Program-made: the position numbers and the translations under genes
Notes under the pieces: generated by a model
What the model saw: the letters and a program-made list of their open reading frames with translations, nothing else
Database searches by the model: none
What the model was told of the DNA's origin: nothing
Source: Kofleriaceae bacterium
GTDB taxonomy: Bacteria > Myxococcota_A > Polyangia > Haliangiales > Haliangiaceae
Assembly (NCBI GenBank): GCA_046597055.1
Contig: JBKJLC010000258.1
Coordinates: 1-15,452 of the forward strand
Length of the DNA: 15,452 bases
Direction of reading: 5' to 3'
Part shown: one piece after another, positions 1-7,526 of the stretch
How positions within the stretch are numbered: the first letter of the stretch is position 1
How the letters are laid out: each line of letters begins with the position of its first letter

Positions 1-129
1 GGGGTCGGAGCGAGGTCGGTCGAGGCAATCATGGGCACCCGTACGGCGGGAAGGGACGGGACCGTAGCCGCGTCCATGGCTGCATGCAACGGGCATGTGC
101 CCCTGGTGAGCGCCCGACGCGGGGGTGCC

Positions 130-138
130 TGGTATGGT
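130..138 (+). promoter_or_regulatory. Putative extended -10 promoter (TG-G-TATGGT) for a leaderless transcript starting at GTG 145
   Basis: TGn + TAnnnT hexamer at 133-138 ends 6 nt before GTG 145. There is no Shine-Dalgarno before 145 and no recognisable -35. Confidence 0.4.
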
Positions 139-144
139 ACCGGC

Positions 145-1164
145 GTGCCCGACGACGAGCTCGACGTGCTGCTCGCGGCTCCCGAATCGGACCGTGTCGA
201 ACGCAAGGAATCGTTGAACGGCCGGGTGAAAGATCGGGTGTGCGAGGCGATCTGCGCGTTCGCCAACGACTATCCCGACCATCGTGCGCCCGGGGTCGTC
301 GTGGTGGGGCAACGCGACGATGGCTCCTGCGCCGGCACAGCGATCACCGACGCCTTGATCCAGGAGGCCACGTTCGAAGAAGAGCAGCGGCTGGCGGAGC
401 GACGGCGCTGGAAGAACCTGCCCTTCGATGTCCAGCCCCTCCCGTCCGTGGAGACCGTCGAGCTCGACCGCGAGCACTTCCGCTCGGCCTACCTACCGGG
501 TGCCATCGCGCCGGACATCTATGCCGCCAATCATCGCGACGTCGAGGGTCAGCTGCTGGGCTTGCGGATGGTCGACCCCACCGGGGCCCCGACCGTTCTT
601 GGCGTGCTGTTGCTCGGGGTGGATCCCCCACGATGGATCGCGGGGTCGTACATCCAGTTCCTGCGGTTCCAGGGGACACAGCTCACCGACCCCATTCGCG
701 ATCAGAAGGAGATCACCGGACGCGTGAGCGAGGTGATCCGTCGGGCCGAGGAGATCCTCGAGGCGAACATTGCGATCGCCACGCGGTTCGTCGACCTCGA
801 GCTCGAGGAACGACGACCCGACTATCCGCTCGCAGCGCTGCGTCAGTTGCTTCGCAACGCGGTGATGCACCGTAGCTACGACCACGCGAACGCGCCGATC
901 CGCATTCACTGGTTCGACGACCGGATCGAGATCCAGAATCCGGGTGGCCCCTATGGACAGGTCACACGGGAGAACTTCGGGGCTGGCGTGGCTGATTACC
1001 GAAACCCCAACCTCGCCGCCGCGCTGCGTGATCTGGGGTTCGTGCAGCGGTTCGGCCAGGGCATTCCTCAGGCGCAGGCGGAGCTGGTCAGGAACCACAA
1101 CCCACCGCTCGAGTGGGAGCTCGCGTCGACCCACACGCTCCTCCGTGTGAAGAGGATCGCGTGA
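145..1164 (+). CDS. AlbA_2/Schlafen-like domain + HATPase_c_4 ('RecG C-terminal'-type) ATP-binding protein, ~339 aa
   Basis: N-terminal ESDRVERKES...ICAFAND...GVVVVGQRDDG (AlbA_2). C-terminal YPLAALRQLLRNAVMHRSY...DRIEIQNPGG...YRNPNLA..LRDLGFVQRFGQGI (HATPase_c_4). The start is moved from the ORF-track ATG 31 to in-frame GTG 145, where the family-like sequence (VPDDELDVLL) begins. Confidence 0.85.
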   Translation: MPDDELDVLLAAPESDRVERKESLNGRVKDRVCEAICAFANDYPDHRAPGVVVVGQRDDGSCAGTAITDALIQEATFEEEQRLAERRRWKNLPFDVQPLPSVETVELDREHFRSAYLPGAIAPDIYAANHRDVEGQLLGLRMVDPTGAPTVLGVLLLGVDPPRWIAGSYIQFLRFQGTQLTDPIRDQKEITGRVSEVIRRAEEILEANIAIATRFVDLELEERRPDYPLAALRQLLRNAVMHRSYDHANAPIRIHWFDDRIEIQNPGGPYGQVTRENFGAGVADYRNPNLAAALRDLGFVQRFGQGIPQAQAELVRNHNPPLEWELASTHTLLRVKRIA

Positions 1165-2177
1165 CGCCGATCGTCGCGTTCTTCAACAACAAGAGCGGCG
1201 TCGGCAAAACCTCGCTCGTCTATCACCTGGCGAGCATGTACGCCGAGCTCGGCACCCGGGTCTTGGCCGCGGACCTCGACCCCCAGGCGAATTTGACCGC
1301 GGCGTTCATCGACGAGGCGGGGCTCGAGAAGTACTGGCTGCAGCCGGCCGGGGGCACCGTGTTCGATGCGATCCGCCCCCTCACCGAGGGAACCGGGACG
1401 ATCGAGGATCCCCACGTTGCGACGATCGAGCCCAACCTCGACGCGCTGGTCGGAACGCTGCGCTTGGCCGACCTCGAGACCGACCTGGCCCAGGAGTGGC
1501 CCAGCTGTGCAGATAGCAAGCCGCGCGCCTTCCGCGTCATCGCGGCGTTCTGGACGGTGATGCAGCGCGCGGCCGAGCTGTGCGGAGCCGAGGTGATCCT
1601 GCTGGATCTCGGCCCTAGCCTCGGCGCGATCAACCGGTCCGCGCTGAGCGCCGCCGATCATGTCGTGGTGCCGCTGGCAGCCGACCTCTTCTCGCTCACC
1701 GGACTCACGAACCTGGGGCCTCGGCTGCGCACCTGGCGTCGCGAATGGCAGGAGCGCGTCACCAAGAACACCGAGCCGACGCTGCCGTTACCTGCCGGCA
1801 GGATGCGACCGGCGGGCTACGTCATCATGCAGCACGCAGAGCGCAACCGGGGGCGCCCCGCCCGCGCCTACGAGCACTGGATGAATCGGATCCCGGCGGT
1901 GTTCGCGTCCGACGTGCTGGGGCTCCCCGACGATACCGACCGGTTCCCACCAACGCCCCGATCCGACCCTCACTGCCTTGCGCTGGTCCGACACTACCGA
2001 AGCCTGGCGCCGCTCGCCCAGGCGGCGGGCAAGCCCATCTTCCGGTTGCGCCCCGCCGATGGCGCGCTGGGCTCGCATGCCAAGGCGGTCCAGGAAGCCT
2101 ACATGGATTTCCAGCGGCTCGCGGCGCGAATCGCGGAGGCGACCTGGCGCCGTTTCCACGGAGATACCACCCGATGA
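1161..2177 (+). CDS. ParA/Soj-family ATPase (AAA_31), ~338 aa
   Basis: IVAFFNNKSGVGKT deviant Walker A, LAADLDPQANLT switch motif, ILLDLGPSLGAINRSAL Walker B region. GTG 1161 overlaps the upstream TGA (GTGA). Confidence 0.92.
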   Translation: MTPIVAFFNNKSGVGKTSLVYHLASMYAELGTRVLAADLDPQANLTAAFIDEAGLEKYWLQPAGGTVFDAIRPLTEGTGTIEDPHVATIEPNLDALVGTLRLADLETDLAQEWPSCADSKPRAFRVIAAFWTVMQRAAELCGAEVILLDLGPSLGAINRSALSAADHVVVPLAADLFSLTGLTNLGPRLRTWRREWQERVTKNTEPTLPLPAGRMRPAGYVIMQHAERNRGRPARAYEHWMNRIPAVFASDVLGLPDDTDRFPPTPRSDPHCLALVRHYRSLAPLAQAAGKPIFRLRPADGALGSHAKAVQEAYMDFQRLAARIAEATWRRFHGDTTR

Positions 2178-3199
2178 CGCTCACCCCTGAAGTCGACGCC
2201 CTCATCACCCGGCTGCCCAAGGTCGAGCTGCACCTGCACATCGAGGGGACGCTCGAGCCGGAGATGGTGTTCGCCAAGGCGGCCCGCCATGGCATCGACC
2301 TGCCCTACGCCTCGATCGAGGCGCTGCGCGCCGCGTACGAGTTCAGCGACCTGCAGTCGTTCCTCGACATCTACTACGCCGGCTGCGACGTGCTGCGCGA
2401 GGAGCAGGATTTCTACGATCTCGCGTGGGCGTACCTCGAGCGCGCCGCCGCTGACCGGGTCGTCCACGCCGAGATCTTCTTCGATCCACAGACCCACACC
2501 GCGCGCGGCGTGCCCTACCAGGTCGTCCACCGCGGCCTGGCCCGGGCGCTGGCGGACGGCGAGGCCCGGCTCGGCATCACCAGCAAGATGATCCTGTGCT
2601 TCCTGCGCCACCTGTCCGAGGACGAGGCCATGGCGACGCTCGAGGAGGCCCGGCCGTTCGTGCGCGAGCTGGCCGGCATCGGCCTCGACTCGGGCGAGCA
2701 GGGCAACCCGCCGTCGAAGTTCGCGCGCGTGTTCGCCGCGGCCCGCGCCATGGGGCTGCAGGCGGTCGCGCACGCCGGCGAGGAGGGCCCGCCCGCGTAC
2801 ATCCGCGAGGCGCTCGACCTGCTCGAGGTCGTGCGCATCGATCACGGCGTGCGCTGCGAGGAAGACCCGGCGCTGGTGGTCGAGCTGGCCCGCCGGCGGG
2901 TGCCGCTGACGGTGTGCCCGCTGTCCAACGTGCGGCTGTGCGTCTATCCGGGCATGGAGCATCACAACCTGGCCCGCCTGCTCGCGGCCGGTGTGTGCGT
3001 GACGATCAGCTCCGACGACCCGGCCTACTTCGGTGGCTACGTCGGCGCCAACTACCGCGCGATCGCGACCGCGCTGCCGATCGGCGCGGCCGAGCTGGTG
3101 ACCCTGGCGCGCAACGCGGTCGAGGCCTCGTGGCTGCCGACCGAGCGCAAGGCCGCGCTGTTCGCCGACATCGATGCCAGCCGGGAGCTGACCGCGTGA
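2174..3199 (+). CDS. add: Adenine deaminase of the adenosine deaminase family (often annotated adenosine deaminase), ~341 aa
   Basis: LPKVELHLHIEGTLEPE (HxH), DLQSFLDIYY, FFDPQTH, HAGEEG, RIDHGVR, TVCPLSN, SSDDPAYF. The DPQTH/LRH/DSxE motifs match the PA0148-type adenine deaminase subgroup. ATG 2174 overlaps the ParA stop (ATGA). Confidence 0.93.
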   Translation: MTLTPEVDALITRLPKVELHLHIEGTLEPEMVFAKAARHGIDLPYASIEALRAAYEFSDLQSFLDIYYAGCDVLREEQDFYDLAWAYLERAAADRVVHAEIFFDPQTHTARGVPYQVVHRGLARALADGEARLGITSKMILCFLRHLSEDEAMATLEEARPFVRELAGIGLDSGEQGNPPSKFARVFAAARAMGLQAVAHAGEEGPPAYIREALDLLEVVRIDHGVRCEEDPALVVELARRRVPLTVCPLSNVRLCVYPGMEHHNLARLLAAGVCVTISSDDPAYFGGYVGANYRAIATALPIGAAELVTLARNAVEASWLPTERKAALFADIDASRELTA

Positions 3200-3792
3200 C
3201 CGACCTCATCCGCACCGCTGGCCCCACCGCGCTGGCGACCCAGCGTCACTACATCATCAAGCGGCCGTTCTGGTCGTTCTTCGAGCGCACCTTCCGGGTC
3301 TTCGCGCCCGACGGTCAGCTGTTCATGCTGGTCCGCCACCCGCTGCTCCGCCTGAAGGAGGAGTTCATGGTCTACGCCGACGAGGCGAAGACCCGCCCGA
3401 TCCTGCGCGTGAAGTCGCGCCAGATGATCGCGATCAACTTCGTCTTCGATGTCTACGACGCCAGCACCGACCAGCTGCTCGGCTCGGTGCAGAAGCGCGG
3501 CCTCAAGTCGATCGTGCGCGACAAGTTCATCTTGCTCGACCCGAGCGGCGTCGAGATCGGCTACTCCGAGGAGCAGGGCGCGTCGCTGCTGCGCCGGTTC
3601 ATCCCGCTGCTGACCTCGAAGCACGCGGTCTTCATCGACGGCCAGCAGGCCGCGTACATCCAGCAGATCTTCCGGTTCTTCGTGAAGGAGTTCGAGGTGC
3701 GGCTGGAGCCATCGAAGGTCGACCCGCGCTTCGTGCTCGCGGTCGCGCTGCTCGCGCTGATGGCCGAGGCCCGGCGCGAGGATCAGAGCTGA
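3196..3792 (+). CDS. LURP-one/scramblase (Tubby C-like) family protein, ~198 aa
   Basis: Repeated beta-hairpin units of the type F-x-V-x-D/P-x-x-G-Q/V (TFRVFAPDGQ, FDVYDASTDQLLGSV, FILLDPSGVEIG, VFIDGQQAA) and a C-terminal hydrophobic helix (DPRFVLAVALLAL). GTG 3196 overlaps the deaminase stop (GTGA). Confidence 0.7.
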   Translation: MTDLIRTAGPTALATQRHYIIKRPFWSFFERTFRVFAPDGQLFMLVRHPLLRLKEEFMVYADEAKTRPILRVKSRQMIAINFVFDVYDASTDQLLGSVQKRGLKSIVRDKFILLDPSGVEIGYSEEQGASLLRRFIPLLTSKHAVFIDGQQAAYIQQIFRFFVKEFEVRLEPSKVDPRFVLAVALLALMAEARREDQS

Positions 3793-3804
3793 CCGCGGCG
3801 CTCC

Positions 3805-3864
3805 GGCCGCCGCTCAGGACGACCGGAGGTGGGCCGCCGCTCAGGACGACCGGAGGTGGGCCGC
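3805..3864. repeat. 27-bp perfect tandem repeat, ~2.2 copies
   Basis: GGCCGCCGCTCAGGACGACCGGAGGTG at 3805-3831 and 3832-3858, plus GGCCGC at 3859-3864. It lies in the gap between convergent genes. Confidence 0.95.
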
Positions 3865-3872
3865 GGCGCCGC

Positions 3873-5906
3873 CTACCGCACGACGTACGGGCGGGCCTGC
3901 ACGATGTGCAAGGTGTCGCCCTCGAACAGCCACTCGATGTCGAGCGGCCGCTCGGGCGGGAACAGCCGCGTGATCCGGCGCGCGGCGGTGCCGAGCGCGA
4001 TCGCGCGCGCGTTCGTGAGGATCGGCTTGCCCTTCTGCGGGTTGGGCACCTCGCGCACGCCGCCGGTGCCGTCGAACACCAGCATCGTGTCCTCGTCGGA
4101 GCGCGACAGCACCCGGAGGCCGTGATTGTAGTGGTCGTAGAGGAGGCTCTCGGGGACCTTCTTGCCCTCGACGACGCGCAGGCCGAGGCCGCTCTTGGCG
4201 TTGATCGTGTAGACCGTCTTCTCGGTCGGGTCGGTCGGGTGCACCGTCACCAGCACGCCGGCGGCGGTCGCGTTGACGCCGATCTGGATCAGCGCGGCGC
4301 CGAACACGCGGGTGTGATCGATCCGGTAGTGCTCGCGCTCCTCGTAGGCGCGCAGGTTCCACACGCTGGCCCACACGACCTTGAGCGCGTCCTCGACCGC
4401 CGCCACGCCCTTCACGTTGGCCACGGTGTCGTACAGCCCGGCGCCGCTGAAGCCGGGGAGATCCTCGGCGTTGGTCGAGCTGCGCACGAACACGCCGCGC
4501 ACCGGATCGCCGCCGGTGAGCGCGGTCAGCGCCACGGTCAGCGCCTCGTGCACCGCTGGGTCGATCGGCGCCGCCACGATCGCCGCGCGCAGCTCGGTCA
4601 GCCGCTTCTTGCGATACGCCGGGTCCTGCTTGAACCGCGGCTCCTTCAACATCGCCACCACCCGCTGATCGAGGCCGGCCGCCTTCAGGTGCGCGTCGTA
4701 GTACGCGATGGGGACGCCGAACCCGGGCGGCACCTGGAAGCCGGTCAGCTTGCCGTGGACGATCTCGCCGAGGTTGGATGCCTTGGCGCCGTAGGCGACC
4801 ACGTCCTTCGCGCGCAGCTGATCGAGGGTGCGCAGCTCGCGGGCGCCGAGGTCGGCGGCCGGGATGATCACCTCGCGGGCCTGCGCGCTTTGCGCCGCCG
4901 CCGCGGCGATCTCGTCGGCGGTCGCCTCGCGCAGCGTGTGCCCGACCTCGGTCGCCTCGAACCACACGGTCTTGCCCACCAGCGCGGCGTACGTGGTCGC
5001 GGCGCGCTTGAGCCCGACGTTGGGGATGCCCCACGCCCGCGCGCGCAGGCTGACGTGCGCGAGCGGCGTCGAGAAGGTCTCGGAGATGATGCCGGCGACC
5101 GGCGTGATGTCGGGCAGCGACTCCGGCAAGATCACGATCTCGCCCTTGTCGAAGCTGAGCTCGGACTCGGGCACGCCGGCCGGCACCAGCCGCAGGACCC
5201 CGACCGCCGTGCCGCGGTTGAACATCTGGTAGGTCGAGCTCTTGTAGAGCTTGTCGTTGGTGACGACCGGGATGCCCTTCAGCTGCTTGGCGACCTGCTC
5301 CTGGTAGTTGGAGTCGGGGCGGTACGAGACCTTGGCGCCGGCGTAGAAGGTCTCGCGCATGCGCCGGTAAGCACGCGTCACGTGCTCGGCGGTGGCCAGA
5401 TCACCCTCCCAGAACGCCATCGTCCACACGTCGGCCGCGAGGTGATGGACGAGGTAACACATCAGGAAGTCGACCTTGTTCTTCGTGTAGTTCGCGTCGA
5501 AGATCCGGACCGCGGCCTTGGTCTTCGGGGTCTTGTAGAGTTCGCCGAAGATGAAGTCCTTGTGGACTTTGTAGATGTCGACGTCGAAGTAGTAGACGGC
5601 GTCCGTGCGCAGATCGACGACGAACTTGGTGAAGCGCTCGCCGGCCTGCTCCTTGGAGTAGGCGAGGAAGTCGGCCTCGGTCGCGAGCGACGACGTCCAG
5701 AGCCGGCGCGGCGGTTCGACCGGGATGACCGCCGGCGGCGGAGCGTCGGCGGCGTCGGCCGGCAGGGCGGCCGCCGCGTCGGCCATCGCCAGGCTCGTCG
5801 TGGGAGGGGGCGGCGGCGACGCCGGCTCCTTGGAGCCGCAGGCGAGCCCGGTGAACGCGGCAGCAGCGACGAAGACGGCGAACGTCGACCAACCCCGGGT
5901 GTGCAT
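3873..5906 (-). CDS. Putative lipoprotein with a phosphohistidine (swivel)-like domain and a C-terminal PEP/pyruvate-binding (PPDK_N, ATP-grasp) domain, ~677 aa
   Basis: Signal-like N-terminus MHTRGWSTFAVFVAAAAFTGLAC followed by a Pro/Ala linker. TPLAHVSLRARAWGIPNV phospho-His motif. YGAKASNLGE..VPPGF, FVRSSTNAEDLPGFSGAGLYDT, VWASVWN.RA, DIEW...LHIVQARP are PPDK_N motifs. Start set at ATG 5906, not ORF-track 5981. Confidence 0.85.
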   Translation of the reverse strand: MHTRGWSTFAVFVAAAAFTGLACGSKEPASPPPPPTTSLAMADAAAALPADAADAPPPAVIPVEPPRRLWTSSLATEADFLAYSKEQAGERFTKFVVDLRTDAVYYFDVDIYKVHKDFIFGELYKTPKTKAAVRIFDANYTKNKVDFLMCYLVHHLAADVWTMAFWEGDLATAEHVTRAYRRMRETFYAGAKVSYRPDSNYQEQVAKQLKGIPVVTNDKLYKSSTYQMFNRGTAVGVLRLVPAGVPESELSFDKGEIVILPESLPDITPVAGIISETFSTPLAHVSLRARAWGIPNVGLKRAATTYAALVGKTVWFEATEVGHTLREATADEIAAAAAQSAQAREVIIPAADLGARELRTLDQLRAKDVVAYGAKASNLGEIVHGKLTGFQVPPGFGVPIAYYDAHLKAAGLDQRVVAMLKEPRFKQDPAYRKKRLTELRAAIVAAPIDPAVHEALTVALTALTGGDPVRGVFVRSSTNAEDLPGFSGAGLYDTVANVKGVAAVEDALKVVWASVWNLRAYEEREHYRIDHTRVFGAALIQIGVNATAAGVLVTVHPTDPTEKTVYTINAKSGLGLRVVEGKKVPESLLYDHYNHGLRVLSRSDEDTMLVFDGTGGVREVPNPQKGKPILTNARAIALGTAARRITRLFPPERPLDIEWLFEGDTLHIVQARPYVVR

Positions 5907-5917
5907 CGGGCCGGACG

Positions 5918-6346
5918 CTACACCAGATCGTCGGAGTCGTCGGGCTCGACCACGACCTCGCCAGCCGACGCCCGCGCCCACGCGACGTGCCGCTCGAGCT
6001 CGGGCGGCGGCTCGCGCCAGCGCTCGGTCCGGCGCCGGCGCAGCTCGGCGACCACCGCGAGCAACCTGGGATCGGCGCGGTGCCGCTGGTCGTGGCTGCT
6101 CTTGCCGCGGTTACATCGGCCGCAGGCGAGCGCGAGGTTGGTCAGCGTGTTGTCGCCGCCGTGACGGCGCGGCCAGATGTGCTCGATCGTCGCCTGCGAG
6201 ATCGGGCGGCCACTGGCCGCGATGGTGAGCGGGCTACGGCAGTGGATGCAGGCGCCGACCCAGGCGGCGTCGGTCCCGTGCCGGCTCGGCTCGAAGGTCC
6301 GATCGGTGCCGACAATCGCGAGGATCCGACGATGCTTGCCGCTCAC
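5918..6346 (-). CDS. HNH endonuclease (McrA-like, Zn-binding), ~142 aa
   Basis: CIHC...TIEHIWPRRHGGDNTLTNLALACGRCNRGK. GTG start at 6346 preceded by GAGAG. It is the C-terminal part of ORF-track ORF 5918..7447. Confidence 0.85.
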   Translation of the reverse strand: MSGKHRRILAIVGTDRTFEPSRHGTDAAWVGACIHCRSPLTIAASGRPISQATIEHIWPRRHGGDNTLTNLALACGRCNRGKSSHDQRHRADPRLLAVVAELRRRRTERWREPPPELERHVAWARASAGEVVVEPDDSDDLV

Positions 6347-6474
6347 GTGCGCTCTCGGGCTGCGCGGCGCCAGATCCCGCTGCCGAGCACGCTGATCGAC
6401 GAGCGCATCATCCTCCGTCGCGTGCCTTCCTTCGCACACATGGTGCCCGGCGAGCCGAGCGGCGGGTCCGCCGG

Positions 6475-7476
6475 CTACTGCAGGACCAGCGGGTACGTGA
6501 ACGCGAACTTCTTCTTCTGGACCTTGGGGAAGGTCGCCGCGCGTGCGGCCTTGTCGATGCACGTGCCGGTCGGCGTCTGGGCGAAGAAGCCGGTGAGCTC
6601 GTAGGCCAGCACGGTGCCGTCGCCGCCGACGGTGTAGACCAGCCGGGACGAGCCGGCGACGCCGTAGCGATCGAAGCACTCGCGGGCCGCCTCCACGACC
6701 GGCCGCATCGCGGCCTTGATGTCGCGGGCATCGAGCTGGGCCGGCAGCACGGGCGCGGGCGCGACCGGCGCGGCCTCGGCCTCGGTGGCGCCTTCGGCCG
6801 CGGCGACCGCGGCGCCGCACGCCTTGGGGTCGGCCGGCACCGGCGCCGATCCGGCGCTGGCGCTGATCAGCTCGCCGGTGCACCGGTCGTAGAGCCGGTA
6901 GCCGAGGACGTCCACCGCGATGCCGCGCTTGCCGTCGCGCTCCCACATGCCGCCGGTGGCCGCGGCGATGCGCACGACCAGCTGGGCACGCAGCGGCCGG
7001 GCCGCGGCCGCGGTCGCCCCCGCCTCGTCCTTGAAGGGGCGCGCGCGCTCGTGGAGGATGGCGGCCTGGGCGACCGCGCCGTTCCAGGTCGGCGCGGCCT
7101 TGCTGCCCACGATGTACAGGCCTCCGACCGGCTCGGTGCAGGCGACGCAGCCGCGCAGCACGACCGGCGCGCTCTTGGTCTCGGGCTGCCATGCGCCGAG
7201 GGTGACCGCCCCGGCGTCGCCGTCGACCAGGTAGGTCGTGGCCCGTGCCGCCCGCGCGCGCGCGTCGCGGACCCCCTTGCACTGGCGCTGCGCGAGGTCG
7301 TCGCCGTCGGTGCAGGCCGCGGTCAGCGCCCACGCGAGGCCGGTGAGATCGGCGCGCGTCAACACGGTCGCGCCCTCGGCGGTGGCCTCGAACGCCGTCG
7401 GGTCTCTGGCCTCGGCCGACGACCCGGTCGTCGACACCCCGAGACACATCGCGATCACGATCCCCCAGGTCCGCAT
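6475..7476 (-). CDS. Secreted protein with a C-terminal AgmX/PglI (TonB_C-like) domain, ~333 aa
   Basis: Signal peptide MRTWGIVIAMCLGVSTTGSSAEA; paired cysteines; Ala/Pro/Glu linker; C-terminal LDARDIKAAM...RECFDRYG...YTVGGDGTV...GTCIDKAARAATFP...FTYPLVLQ, typical of myxobacterial AgmX/PglI C-terminal domains. Confidence 0.7.
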   Translation of the reverse strand: MRTWGIVIAMCLGVSTTGSSAEARDPTAFEATAEGATVLTRADLTGLAWALTAACTDGDDLAQRQCKGVRDARARAARATTYLVDGDAGAVTLGAWQPETKSAPVVLRGCVACTEPVGGLYIVGSKAAPTWNGAVAQAAILHERARPFKDEAGATAAAARPLRAQLVVRIAAATGGMWERDGKRGIAVDVLGYRLYDRCTGELISASAGSAPVPADPKACGAAVAAAEGATEAEAAPVAPAPVLPAQLDARDIKAAMRPVVEAARECFDRYGVAGSSRLVYTVGGDGTVLAYELTGFFAQTPTGTCIDKAARAATFPKVQKKKFAFTYPLVLQ

Positions 7477-7482
7477 GCCGGG

Positions 7483-7511
7483 GTCGTACACCGGCCCCGG
7501 GGCCGGTGCAA
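7483..7511 (-). promoter_or_regulatory. Putative sigma70-type promoter TTGCAC-N17-TACGAC, leaderless (6 nt to ATG 7476)
   Basis: On the - strand: -35 at 7511-7506, 17-nt spacer, -10 at 7488-7483, then CCCGGC-ATG. No Shine-Dalgarno. Confidence 0.5.
7489..7508. repeat. Perfect 20-bp palindrome CACCGGCCCCGGGGCCGGTG
   Basis: Self-complementary sequence read directly. It fills the spacer of the putative promoter above. Confidence 0.9.
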
Positions 7512-7526
7512 CCGCCGGGACCGGGC

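Noticed and set aside
1..77. Possible 5' end of a divergent - strand gene (ATG 77 or 32, MDAATVPSLPAVRVPMIASTDLAPT...)
   Set aside because: Only 25 codons are visible before the window edge, with no motif or clear ribosome-binding site.
145..1164. RecG helicase
   Set aside because: No SF2 helicase motifs (Walker A, DExH). Only the HATPase_c_4 domain that attracts this misannotation is present.
1161..3199. RADAR-like defence system (ATPase + adenosine deaminase)
   Set aside because: RdrA and RdrB are much larger proteins, and RdrA is not a ParA-type ATPase. The deaminase here is a normal-sized housekeeping-type adenine deaminase with host-like codon usage.
3805..3864. CRISPR mini-array
   Set aside because: The repeats abut with no spacers and there are no cas genes.
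3873..5906. PEP synthase (ppsA), PPDK or rifampin phosphotransferase
   Set aside because: The domain order is reversed, there is no PEP-utilising TIM barrel or central rifampin-binding domain, and a signal peptide is present.
6343..6448. Weak sigma54-like element (GGGCAC-CATGT-GTGC, - strand 6448-6434) and a 22-codon uORF (MMRSS...) ending in GTGA over the HNH start
   Set aside because: Two mismatches to consensus in GC-rich DNA and poor Shine-Dalgarno spacing make both plausible by chance.
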